DNA from: an uncultured bacterium
GTDB taxonomy: Bacteria; Zixibacteria; MSB-5A5; UBA10806
Assembly (NCBI GenBank): GCA_965541585.1
Contig: CBEUCH010000008.1
Coordinates: 64,001 to 128,000, forward strand
Direction: 5' to 3'
DNA length: 64,000 bases
The position numbers were made by a program, and so were the translations under genes. This document shows positions 44,701 to 53,385 of the stretch, one piece after another; position 1 is the stretch's first letter, and each line of letters begins with the position of its first letter. Under the pieces are notes generated by a model that searched no databases, was not told where the DNA came from, and was given only the letters and a program-made list of their open reading frames with translations.

Positions 44701-44868
44701 GGACGGAGAGTGATTCGCCTGATCGATGAGAAAGTGAACGCCGGCAGCTACACCATCACCTGGAATGGCAGGGACGCTGGCGGCCATGAGGCATCTTCCG
44801 GAATCTATTTCTATCGCTTATCCACGGATGAGGGTGTCAGGCAGGAGAAAATGACTCTGCTGCGGTAG
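41749..44868 (+). CDS. Secreted M4/M36-like zinc metalloprotease with accessory domains and C-terminal sorting-like domain
   Basis: FTP/PepSY-like prodomain (LVDARTGEIL), CNAYY, HEYGH...GEGMGD, QNYPNPFN tail; GAGGAG SD. Confidence 0.85.
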   Translation: MKRSLLFWFVVCNFMCLFGLAVFGNASNALFEELKADYPGVRAYEEGGRIARIYGRAFGFGSSPVDAALQFKDNYAGLFNVVPDELSPVSILFDGRHTQPVMFDRDTGEYKFTLVYYSQHKDGIPVFRSDLRLLVRNEPGYPLVMAASALRDLTDFDEPIGMMVNPALAESAAKSFSPGLINFSEPRLTIWAGINDMEVEPTVTMEITADNGMEATLDYERWLFLVDARTGEILYSEDLILDVDVTGNVSGMATQGDAADFCGPEEPTPLPYARVYIEGGNTVMADENGDFVIPNDGDTEVTVISNIRGQWFRVFNSSGGNAQLSEAVIPPGPANFLHNAENTSEYNRAEVNGYVESNIVRDFTLTYNPQFPVIWNQNEFRVNVNISDNCNAYYDGYSINFFTAGGGCSNTAFSTVVHHEYGHHLVNVGGSGQGQYGEGMGDVMGVLITDDSHLAWGFFGNCNGFMRNADNNFQYPCSGEIHYCGRLISGCVWSTRNELAITNPDDYIDILSNLAVNSILMHQGNMITPSITLDYLTLDDDDGNIWNGTPHGMEIITGFAYEHNMDPGLSVQIEHTPLIDTEDSNAILGVYADVTSFFSMEEGSVTTYYTFDGDFEEIEMVNTSGDTWYGEIPTPPYETTVSYYIEGIDETGQSATVPENAPDDLYSFYVGTDVIPPTMTLVEGPPNTVDLFGPYGPFVITAWDVHGVNQSEVIMHYRVNDETDSEIALNPTGSEDEFGLDLLDLERQLNSGDIVHYYFTALDEANDPNTGRLPESGTFELLMANAETFEDFEEFGIGRWITEGAWALFNQGHNSSSSMIFGPNYPDNADDMAYMDFGYDLSAYGEARIALYAKYAILDGDICFVLISADGGQTWTTVGSITGVSGSSFEYAEFDISSALSPDDHDYRVGFRFVSDESGHTIGVLLDDIGWAIGPMTGVDDYAVELPIEISLNQNYPNPFNPQTNISFALPHESHVSLDVFDLLGRRVIRLIDEKVNAGSYTITWNGRDAGGHEASSGIYFYRLSTDEGVRQEKMTLLR

Positions 44869-44882
44869 GGGAGTTAGATATG

Positions 44883-44908
44883 AAGGGGCGAACCTCGATT
44901 CGCCCCTT
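44883..44908. terminator. Hairpin (terminator or REP-like)
   Basis: AAGGGGCGAA-CCTCGA-TTCGCCCCTT; arms resemble the 16238 REP (GGGGCGA...TCGCCCC). Confidence 0.55.
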
Positions 44909-44926
44909 TGATGAGGTGTTGGCTTA

Positions 44927-46945
44927 GTGATCCCGAGATTTAAGTCATCCATTTTTCTCGCTCTCGTCCTGGCGATATTCTCGAGAGTATTAACTCCGTC
45001 CGTTCAGGGCTGTGATATTAATAATGTCATCAATGGCGGCTTCCTCTGGCCCGGTCAGGAGGAGACGAAATTTCTGCACGAGGGCGGCTATGCCCGTCCG
45101 GGGGTGGCGCTATTCGATTCGGTCCACGCCTTCGATGCTTTACATTACAATCTCGATTTGAATTTTCCCATGGATGGCCCCTATTTCGAGGGGAGTATGA
45201 GCCTGCGTCTCCGGGTGGTCGATGACAGCATATCCTCGGTTACTTTGCATATGGTTCACCTGGTGGCGGATTCAGCCTTTGTGGGGAACGATCCGGCCAC
45301 CCATATCAGGGACGATTCCACAATAACGGTCAATCTAAATGGATACCGGTATGCACCGGAGACGCTCTCGGTCATAATTCATTATCACGATTACACCACC
45401 AACCGTGGTTATTATTATTATCCAAGGAATGCTTATACCATGGCGGAGCCTCAGGATGCCCGCTGGTGGTTCCCCTGCTTCGATGAGCCCTGGGATAAGG
45501 CGACATCGGAAATTTTTGCTACTGTCCCCGAGGATTACGATGTCGGTTCCAACGGCTGGCTGGAATCTGTAAATCACGATCAGCAGAATCATACCAGAAC
45601 CTATCATTGGGTCAACGATGATCAGATTGCAACATATCTCATAAACCTGCTAATGGCCGATTACGCAGTCTGGAATGATTATTATATCCCCGGCCCGCAG
45701 GACTCCATCCCGATATTGAACATGGTCTATGCCGAGGATTCCACCGATGCCATTTATGATTTCGGCAACGTACCGGCCATGATGGATGTCTTCTCCGATC
45801 TCTTTTATCCATATCCTTTCAATAAATACGGGCAGGGTACAGTTTCCCCCTACGTCTTCGGAGGTATGGAGCATCAGACCATGTCTACACTGCATCGCAA
45901 CTGGATCACAGGCGACAGGGCGAGGGAGGCCGGGATTTCCCATGAACTGGCCCATATGTGGTGGGGTGATTTCGTAACAATGTCCGACTGGCGGCATATC
46001 TGGCTCAATGAAGGCTTTGCCACCTATTCCTCGGCACTTTTCAATGAGTCCTTCTATGGATCCGAGAGGTTCGACGAAAGTATAGCGGCTAATCGCGAGG
46101 CATACCTGGCGTATGTCGATCTCTTCGGGCATGAGCCACTCTACGACCCGGAATATCTGTTTGCCACTCCCTCGTATAGTAAAGGGGCCTGGGTGCTCCA
46201 CATGCTGAGAGGTATAATCGGCGACTATGCCTTCTTCGGCGGCCTGCATTATTATGCCTCTCTTTATGGATACGGCAACGCCAGCACCTGGGAATTCGCC
46301 GACGCCATGGAGACAATCTCCGGAATAGAATTGGATTGGTTTTTTGAGGAGTGGATTTTCGACCAGGCTCATCCGATCTACCAATATGCTTGGTCATATT
46401 CCGGTGAGGGGCCGTTTACGGTTCATCTGGAGATACTCCAGGTGCAGACTGCAGCGCCGCCATTCAGGATGCCGATAGAGATAGCAATCCTCTCCGATCA
46501 AATCACCTATGAGTTTACAATCGAAAACCAGTATGAATACCAGACCTATGATTTTACGATATCGAGCCTTCCCCTCGATCTCCTGCTCGATCCGGACAAT
46601 TGGATTTTGAAAGAAGCCGAACAGCTCACGGGAATCGACAACGGTTACCCGCCGCAACTGCCTGCACAAGCTGGTCTTATGAGCGTCTACCCCAACCCGT
46701 TCAACAGCTCAGCCAATATTCCGTTTTTTGTTGAGGGGAAAAGGCAGTTTCTGGACATCGCAATTTATGATATCTCGGGGAGGTTGGTGAAACAGGTTGT
46801 GTCGAAGGAATATTCCCCGGGTTACTACAATATCGTCTGGGCCGGCACCGGTGATCGGAGAGGCATTCTATCGTCCGGTGTTTACATCGTAAAGCTTACG
46901 TCCCCGATCGGGATATCGTCGAAGAAGATAACGTTAATCAAATAA
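44927..46945 (+). CDS. M1 family aminopeptidase with C-terminal sorting-like domain
   Basis: ARWWFPC, GGMEH, HELAH..WLNEGFATY, YSKGAWVLHMLR; YPNPFN tail. Confidence 0.92.
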   Translation: MIPRFKSSIFLALVLAIFSRVLTPSVQGCDINNVINGGFLWPGQEETKFLHEGGYARPGVALFDSVHAFDALHYNLDLNFPMDGPYFEGSMSLRLRVVDDSISSVTLHMVHLVADSAFVGNDPATHIRDDSTITVNLNGYRYAPETLSVIIHYHDYTTNRGYYYYPRNAYTMAEPQDARWWFPCFDEPWDKATSEIFATVPEDYDVGSNGWLESVNHDQQNHTRTYHWVNDDQIATYLINLLMADYAVWNDYYIPGPQDSIPILNMVYAEDSTDAIYDFGNVPAMMDVFSDLFYPYPFNKYGQGTVSPYVFGGMEHQTMSTLHRNWITGDRAREAGISHELAHMWWGDFVTMSDWRHIWLNEGFATYSSALFNESFYGSERFDESIAANREAYLAYVDLFGHEPLYDPEYLFATPSYSKGAWVLHMLRGIIGDYAFFGGLHYYASLYGYGNASTWEFADAMETISGIELDWFFEEWIFDQAHPIYQYAWSYSGEGPFTVHLEILQVQTAAPPFRMPIEIAILSDQITYEFTIENQYEYQTYDFTISSLPLDLLLDPDNWILKEAEQLTGIDNGYPPQLPAQAGLMSVYPNPFNSSANIPFFVEGKRQFLDIAIYDISGRLVKQVVSKEYSPGYYNIVWAGTGDRRGILSSGVYIVKLTSPIGISSKKITLIK

Positions 46946-47094
46946 TCCAGACCGCTCAGGTATTGGATAAATCCCATAGGTTTCGGTCTTCGCCCATCTT
47001 TGGGGACCTGCGCGGCAACTGACTAATATTATGGTTTACATGTTAAGGTTATATCTCGTTTTGTATTACGTTGAGATTGTCGGATCGCTCGATC

Positions 47095-47110
47095 GGGCAC
47101 ACGGTTTGCA
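47095..47110 (+). promoter_or_regulatory. Sigma54 (-24/-12) promoter
   Basis: GGGCAC-ACGGT-TTGCA (GG-N10-GC) upstream of pilin-like genes. Confidence 0.7.
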
Positions 47111-47155
47111 AATATCGGGATCTGGCATACTTGGAGGCTTAACGGTATTGGAGGG

Positions 47156-47668
47156 TTGATGATCCGATTTTCCAACAACAGAGGATTTGCGCTGGATAAA
47201 GTGATGATCCTGGTCATTGCGGTCTCGGTTGCTGCCACCGGCGTCTGGAACGCTCAGCTAACGAAGATCGACACCCTGCGTGAGCCATCGGCCGCGGGCG
47301 ACATTGGCGAGAAGATCAAAAATGCGCTGGACGAGATCAGATATCACATCCGACTTGCGGGTTATAAGCTGGAGGGCGACGCCGAGCCGCTGACGATCAA
47401 AAAGGGGGAAAAGTCGGATATCGTAGAGATAAAGCACAATGGAGTCTGCTACGAGTATTTCATCGATGGCGACGACAATCTGATAAGACGGGTCGAATCG
47501 ATTGAAAAAGTAATTGCAGAAAATCTGAGTTCTATCAGGACGGTGCGCGTGGGACAGAATACGGTGGTGGTCACAATTTCCTCAGCCCGGCATCGCCGGG
47601 AGAACAGAGATGAAATAGAGACCATGTCGAAGAGTCATTCGGTGATAGTCGAAATGAGAAACCTTTGA
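47156..47668 (+). CDS. Pilin-like protein with atypical class III signal
   Basis: RG|FALDKVMILVIAVSVAA; EIRY.IRLAGY resembles PilW-like minor pilins. Confidence 0.65.
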   Translation: MMIRFSNNRGFALDKVMILVIAVSVAATGVWNAQLTKIDTLREPSAAGDIGEKIKNALDEIRYHIRLAGYKLEGDAEPLTIKKGEKSDIVEIKHNGVCYEYFIDGDDNLIRRVESIEKVIAENLSSIRTVRVGQNTVVVTISSARHRRENRDEIETMSKSHSVIVEMRNL

Positions 47669-47819
47669 TGAGCGGGAATATCAACGCGTTTAATAATGCT
47701 AATCTGGAGCAGCGGATTGCCGATATTTGGGCAGGGATATTAAAAGAAATCATCAGGCGGGAATGGATACCAAAGGACTTCAGAATAGAGTGGATTTTGA
47801 TAGACATCGGGGAGAGATA

Positions 47820-48335
47820 ATGAATAAGATAGAAGATGAGATGAGGATAAACGGAATCGGCGAAAAGCGTACCGCGGGCTTCACAATGCTCGAAATGGCG
47901 ATTGTAGTCGTAATTATAGGAATAGTCGCAGCCATGGCAGTACCGTCGTTTCTTAGCGCCATACCCAGGCTAAAAGCTCGCACCGAAGCAAGAAACATTT
48001 TAAACTTCGTCAGGCTTGCCCGCAGTAAGGCTGTTGCGAATGGGGTTCAGTACGGTGTTTATATAGATACCAACAACAGGCAGTATATCCTGTTCAAGGA
48101 TACGATCAATCCGTCCCAGGTGATGTACAATATCGGAGATTCGGTGGTCGTTGGTCCCGAAACCATTGATTCGGACGTGGTTCTTACGAACTCCACTTTC
48201 ACCGGCAACAGCGTAATCTTCCTGCCGACCGGCGGGGCGTCCCAATCGGGATCTTTTACCCTGGATAATGCCGAAGGGGGCTCCAGCTATACCGTATCGG
48301 TGCTGAGCTCCACCGGGAAGTCGAAGCTGCAATAG
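47820..48335 (+). CDS. FimT/GspH-like minor pilin
   Basis: AG|FTMLEMAIVVVIIGIVAAMAVP; ARSKAV; F.PTG. Confidence 0.88.
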   Translation: MNKIEDEMRINGIGEKRTAGFTMLEMAIVVVIIGIVAAMAVPSFLSAIPRLKARTEARNILNFVRLARSKAVANGVQYGVYIDTNNRQYILFKDTINPSQVMYNIGDSVVVGPETIDSDVVLTNSTFTGNSVIFLPTGGASQSGSFTLDNAEGGSSYTVSVLSSTGKSKLQ

Positions 48336-48437
48336 TCTGCATTTTCTCAAGGATTTTTCACATCCATCATTTTTTTTTCAGTAGTCGTTAACTTTTGGTG
48401 CACGAAGACGATAATAGGTTGTGTGAAACAAAAAATC

Positions 48438-48466
48438 TTGACATCCGAGATAGAAGCCGATACAAT
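48438..48466 (+). promoter_or_regulatory. Sigma70 promoter of pilMNOPQ
   Basis: TTGACA-N17-TACAAT. Confidence 0.75.
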
Positions 48467-48518
48467 TACAGCGCATGAATTTGCAGACTTTTTAAGCCAG
48501 TAATGGGGGAGACCTGAT

Positions 48519-49568
48519 ATGGGCGTGCTAAAAAGATCTAAATTGGCCGTAGGTCTGGATATTGGTGCCAGTTCCATAAAGCTGGTCAAGCTCCAGGAGA
48601 AGGCTGGCGGGTATGCCCTGCGGGCCATGGGAATAAAAGACCTGCCTTACGATGCCATATCCTCCGAGGAGATAAAAGATCGCGATGCGGTCATTTTCGA
48701 TATACAAAACCTCATAGACCAGACGGATCCGAAAATCAAGGAAGTGGTCATCTCGATCTCTGGACATGGCGTCATCACCGACAAGTTCACCATGGACAAG
48801 AAAACCGGTTCGGAAGCCGAGCAGGCTATTCTCTTCGAAGCGGAGCAGAGAAGCCCCTTCGATGTCGAGGATGTGACCATGGACTATCACATAATCAAGG
48901 TCGATGAGGAGGCCGGCAAGATGGAGGTTCTGCTGGTCGCCGCTCGCAACGAGTTTTTGAAAAATTATTTAGACTTGATCCTCGACGCGGGATTGAGGCC
49001 GGTTATTGTGGATACGGATGCCTTCGCAATGTTGAACGCTTATAATATTAATTACGAAGTAGATCCATCCAGGGTCACGGCCCTGGTCAACATCGGCTTT
49101 GATAGCACTCATCTGATCTTTATCAAAGACGGAGTATTTCATTCCACCAGGGATGTCTCCAACGGTATCAGGTTGATGTTCGAAGCCGTCGGCAGAGAAT
49201 TTCGCCTCAACCAGGAAATGACATCCAAAGCCCTCAGGGGAGACATGGACGGGTCGATAGACCAGGATATGTTCAAGGCCACCGTGGCCACCTCTTTTGA
49301 GGAGTTGACGGCGGGAATTGAAGTGGCCATATCGTATTTTAAAAGCTCGTCGAATGCCGAAGATATCGATTGGATGGTGTTTTCGGGAGGCGGCGCCCTG
49401 GTGCCTTATCTTCCGGAACTCCTGCAGAATAAGCTGGGGATTCCGGTCGAGATTTTCAATCCTTTAAGAAACATAGAATATGATCCCGATCTTTTCACCG
49501 AGCACCAACCTGAAAAAGTGGCGCCGCTTCTTGCGGTTCCCATAGGGCTGGCAGCGCGGAGGCTGTAA
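48519..49568 (+). CDS. pilM: Type IV pilus assembly protein PilM
   Basis: VGLDIGASSIK actin-like motif, SPFD, LLVAA, SGGGA, IGLAAR. Confidence 0.95.
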   Translation: MGVLKRSKLAVGLDIGASSIKLVKLQEKAGGYALRAMGIKDLPYDAISSEEIKDRDAVIFDIQNLIDQTDPKIKEVVISISGHGVITDKFTMDKKTGSEAEQAILFEAEQRSPFDVEDVTMDYHIIKVDEEAGKMEVLLVAARNEFLKNYLDLILDAGLRPVIVDTDAFAMLNAYNINYEVDPSRVTALVNIGFDSTHLIFIKDGVFHSTRDVSNGIRLMFEAVGREFRLNQEMTSKALRGDMDGSIDQDMFKATVATSFEELTAGIEVAISYFKSSSNAEDIDWMVFSGGGALVPYLPELLQNKLGIPVEIFNPLRNIEYDPDLFTEHQPEKVAPLLAVPIGLAARRL

Positions 49569-50215
49569 TGATAGAAATTAATCTTCTGCCAAAAGAATTA
49601 CAATGGAAAAGATTTCGCTTCACCCTGGACAAGAACATCATTTATATTCTGGCGGCCGGAATCGTAATCACCCTGGGCATGGCAGGTTATAGTTATGTTT
49701 ACCAGGCGGGCAGCATAGCCGAGTTGCAGAAAGGTATCAGCGATGCCCGACAAGAGGAATCTAAATATTCCGCTGAAATACAAAAAATAGACGAGATCAC
49801 TGCCAGGCAAACACAGATTCTGGCCAGGATGTCTGCGATCCAGGTTCTGGATCAAAACCGCGACTACTGGATTGACCTGATGGAGGATCTGGTTCGGCGC
49901 GTTCCCGAATATGTCTGGCTAACTTCTATCCAGCAGGCACCCACGGCTGGACAAGCGGCACAGTCAACAGGTGCTCCTGCTCGATCGACGATAAAAGGCT
50001 ATTCGTTTTCGTTAAATGCCATGGCGACTTTCCTTGTGAGACTGAAGAAATCGGATATGTTCAAGAACGTGGAATTATCGGCAATCGTGTTACAGGAGAA
50101 CGAACAGGCGAAAGCTTATTCTTTTGAGTTGGCTTACAGTCTTGAGGTGCCCGGGACGGTAGCGCCGACGACAGAGACCGCCCAGGCCCCGGAAGCCACG
50201 AGCGGTCGGTTTTAA
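49568..50215 (+). CDS. pilN: Type IV pilus assembly protein PilN
   Basis: INLLP motif, TM, coiled coil, VP..VWLT. Confidence 0.93.
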   Translation: MIEINLLPKELQWKRFRFTLDKNIIYILAAGIVITLGMAGYSYVYQAGSIAELQKGISDARQEESKYSAEIQKIDEITARQTQILARMSAIQVLDQNRDYWIDLMEDLVRRVPEYVWLTSIQQAPTAGQAAQSTGAPARSTIKGYSFSLNAMATFLVRLKKSDMFKNVELSAIVLQENEQAKAYSFELAYSLEVPGTVAPTTETAQAPEATSGRF

Positions 50216-50271
50216 ACACCGGAGCGGCGGTTCATTAGGGCCGGCGCTGTAATTCCTGTGGGAGGGGATAC

Positions 50272-50865
50272 ATGAATTTGAGAGATCCCAAAAATCAAAT
50301 AGCAATTTTCGTCGTTATCTTATTCGTTGTTATATATTATCTCTGGTTCTCCAAAATTTACACCTCCTACCGGGACGAAATTGACGGTTTGAAAATTACT
50401 AACAGCACGCTGCTAACGAAACTGCATGGAGTGAAGGCAAAGGCGGAAACATTAGAAGAACTCGAAAAAGAATATAACAAGCTGCAGTTACAATATAAGA
50501 AGGTAGAAATCCTCCTGCCGGAGAAAAAAGAGGATGAGGCCTTCTTGAGTCAGATCCATGCTGCGGCGCAATTGACGAATTCGGTTGTCAGGAAGATTAC
50601 GCCTCTCGGCACCCAGGAATCGGATTTCTACGATACCAACAGCTATTCCGTTGAAGTTGAATCATCGTATCATGGTCTCGGCGGGTTTTTCGCCAAAGTA
50701 GCCAATTTTCCATTTATCATCAATCTCTCCGATCTTGAATTGAAAACGCCGGCGGTTGGCGGAGGAACCATGCTGGGGGCGCCCGTCAAAATAGAGCCGG
50801 ATAAGGCCGTAGTCGCGACCTTCAGACTTTCAACTTATAACGTTAAACAGGATACGTCAGGATGA
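50272..50865 (+). CDS. pilO: Type IV pilus assembly protein PilO
   Basis: TM, coiled coil, LLPEKKE, YHGLGGFF; position in the operon. Confidence 0.9.
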   Translation: MNLRDPKNQIAIFVVILFVVIYYLWFSKIYTSYRDEIDGLKITNSTLLTKLHGVKAKAETLEELEKEYNKLQLQYKKVEILLPEKKEDEAFLSQIHAAAQLTNSVVRKITPLGTQESDFYDTNSYSVEVESSYHGLGGFFAKVANFPFIINLSDLELKTPAVGGGTMLGAPVKIEPDKAVVATFRLSTYNVKQDTSG

Positions 50866-51719
50866 GAACTGCAGGTTTTTCCAGATCATTCATCGCGGTC
50901 GGCCTGGTTGCGGTCGCACTTCCTGCCAGCGGTGCTAATTACCTGAAAGATATCAGCGTTCAGAACGCGGGAGACACCGCCGTGGTGATAATCTCCACCA
51001 CGAAAGCTGATCAATATAAGGTGTTCCTGACCGACGGTAAGCCGGAGCGCATTGTAATCGATCTGCAAGGGGTAACCAATTCCTGGACCAGAAAAAGATT
51101 CATGGAACTCCCTTTTAAATCGATCCAGTCAATTCGAACCAGCCAGTATCGAACCACCCCGGTTCTGGAATCGAGAGTTGTGCTCGATATGGGGCGGCCG
51201 ATAGATTTCAGAGAATCTCGGAAGGGCAATGACATTATCATTAAGTTTCTCGTCATAGAGGGCGAAGCCGATTTCCCAAGCTGGCATGCCAGGGGGGATC
51301 AAGCTCCTCCTGCCGTGCGAAAAACAGCCGGGACGCCTCCCAAGCAAAAGGTCAAGGCTCCCAAGAAGGCAACTACGGGGGTGAAGCTGGAATCTTATCC
51401 CAAGAGGAAACTGGTAAGATACAGGACCACCGGCTTTAAAGATCCGTTTTTACCCCTGATCGGCGGTGCGAGCGGAATATTATCATCAAGCTTGCCGGTG
51501 CTCGAAAACCTGAAACTTGTAGGGATACTCGAGGACATCGATGGCAACAGAGCGCTGCTGGAAGATTCCGAGGGTAACGGCTATATCCTTATTCCGAATG
51601 ATAAGGTTAAAAACGGATACCTCGTAAGCGTTACGAAGAGAAAAGCAATATTCCAGGTAACGGAGTACGGGTGGACTCGCACAGTAGCTCTGGAACTTAA
51701 GATTCCGGAGTTGGAATAA
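50862..51719 (+). CDS. AMIN-domain / PilP-like fusion
   Basis: Signal peptide; AMIN (PERIVIDL...IRTSQY...RVVLDM); KDPF.P and LKLVGIL...ALLED PilP-like C-terminus. Confidence 0.75.
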   Translation: MRTAGFSRSFIAVGLVAVALPASGANYLKDISVQNAGDTAVVIISTTKADQYKVFLTDGKPERIVIDLQGVTNSWTRKRFMELPFKSIQSIRTSQYRTTPVLESRVVLDMGRPIDFRESRKGNDIIIKFLVIEGEADFPSWHARGDQAPPAVRKTAGTPPKQKVKAPKKATTGVKLESYPKRKLVRYRTTGFKDPFLPLIGGASGILSSSLPVLENLKLVGILEDIDGNRALLEDSEGNGYILIPNDKVKNGYLVSVTKRKAIFQVTEYGWTRTVALELKIPELE

Positions 51720-51732
51720 AGGGGAGTTGAAT

Positions 51733-53115
51733 ATGCGCAGAATATCATACTTTGCAGCGGCGGCCTTAGCGGTAGGTTGCCTGACGTTCATGAATATCGG
51801 AGCGCTCAAGAGCCAGGAGGGGATTGAGATTACAGAGACTGAAATGATTTCCCCGCGGGTGATCATGACTCTGTCCCTGACCAACGCCGATATCAAGTCC
51901 GTTTTGATGTATCTATCTTCCTACGGTGGCGTCAACATCGTAGCCTCGCCCAGCGTGGAGGGCACGGTTACCCTTCGCCTTTCTAATGTCACCTGGAAAG
52001 AGGCTCTCGATATAATTCTCAGTACTTATAATCTCGTAGGGGTTGAGTCGAAGAATTATATCCGGGTTATCAATGCGGAAGACTATTATGCGGAGAAATC
52101 GGCTGAGGAGCAACATCTCCAGGAACAGGAGAAAATGAAGCCCCTCAGAACCCACATCGTATCGATCAAATACAACGTTGCCGATGAAATTCAACAGGCC
52201 GTGAGAGGGTTGCTATCCAGCAGGGGCACGGTCGATATCGATAAGAGAACCAATTCCCTGGTTATCCGCGATCTGCCGGAGGTCCTCGGGAGAATTGACG
52301 AGCTCATAGGGGTTCTGGACAAGGAAACGAGGCAGGTGAAAATCTCAGCTCAGCTTCTTGAAGTCGAGTCGGGATTCTTAAGGGAAATAGGCGTCGACTG
52401 GAGAATCGTAAACCAGACCTTTGTAGAAGAAACTCCTATGGATGCGGATCAGCTTGAATATCTCGTTGATCCTCTACTTACTGGTAATCCCGATCGACAG
52501 AATTTTGCTGAGGAGGAAAGCCGAATTTTCGGTTCGAGACAGATGGCGGGGGATAAACTGGCGCAGTTCTCATTCGCAAGACTGATAGCCGATGGAGACT
52601 ACAGTGTCGGTGCCATCTTATCCACAATCGAATCGTCCAACAAAGGCAAGATCATTGCTCATCCCGAGATTACCACTCTTGATAACGTTGAGGCTTATAT
52701 CCAGATGGGTCAGAAAATTCCAATCAAGCAGTTTGACCCTTCGGGGAATACCATCATAACGTTCTACGATGTCGGTACGAAATTGAGGGTGACGCCCCAT
52801 ATCACCTCTGAGAATAGAATCCTGTTGCACCTCGTACCCGAAAGAAGTTCTTATCAGTTCGATCCCAATGGCGTGGTCATCAACACCCAGAACGCCGAGA
52901 CCAATGTTGTGGTCGAAAACGGCGAAACGGCGGTGATCGGCGGCCTGACAAACCAGGAGGTCAAGCATTTGAAGGTCGGTCTGCCTATCCTGAAGGATAT
53001 CCCGATCATTGGATTCCTCTTCGGGTACGATAAGAAAGAGGTCATATCCAGAGATCTGGTCATTTTTGTCACCCCGACTATCGTAGCCCAACCGGTGCAA
53101 GCGTTCAATGACTGA
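51733..53115 (+). CDS. pilQ: Type IV pilus secretin PilQ
   Basis: N0 domain (ADIKSVL...VTLRL..V.W), N3-type domain (DKRTNSLVI), secretin core (QVKISA, P.ITTLDN, GETAVIGGL, LP.LKDIPIIG.LF). Confidence 0.92.
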   Translation: MRRISYFAAAALAVGCLTFMNIGALKSQEGIEITETEMISPRVIMTLSLTNADIKSVLMYLSSYGGVNIVASPSVEGTVTLRLSNVTWKEALDIILSTYNLVGVESKNYIRVINAEDYYAEKSAEEQHLQEQEKMKPLRTHIVSIKYNVADEIQQAVRGLLSSRGTVDIDKRTNSLVIRDLPEVLGRIDELIGVLDKETRQVKISAQLLEVESGFLREIGVDWRIVNQTFVEETPMDADQLEYLVDPLLTGNPDRQNFAEEESRIFGSRQMAGDKLAQFSFARLIADGDYSVGAILSTIESSNKGKIIAHPEITTLDNVEAYIQMGQKIPIKQFDPSGNTIITFYDVGTKLRVTPHITSENRILLHLVPERSSYQFDPNGVVINTQNAETNVVVENGETAVIGGLTNQEVKHLKVGLPILKDIPIIGFLFGYDKKEVISRDLVIFVTPTIVAQPVQAFND

Positions 53116-53140
53116 AAAAATATAAAGAATCAGAGATCTC

Positions 53141-53169
53141 AAACCCCGGCATAAGTCGGGGTTTTTTTT
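53141..53169 (+). terminator. Intrinsic terminator after pilQ
   Basis: AAACCCCGGC-ATAA-GTCGGGGTTT followed by a T run. Confidence 0.88.
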
Positions 53170-53385
53170 AATGATTGCCTTTACCTCCCGCGATATATCG
53201 ATCTCAGAGCTCTACAAGGCCGGCTTTTCCGGCGAAAAGTCGAATTTTATCCTATTCGCAGAGGGTCTGTTCTTCACTTGCAGCGGTGAGAAACCCGACG
53301 GATATTCTGCCTTGCCAGAATTGGTCTCAACTCTTATATTTTCGGGTCAATCTATGTGGGTGCCAACGCATTCCGGGAGAAGATC

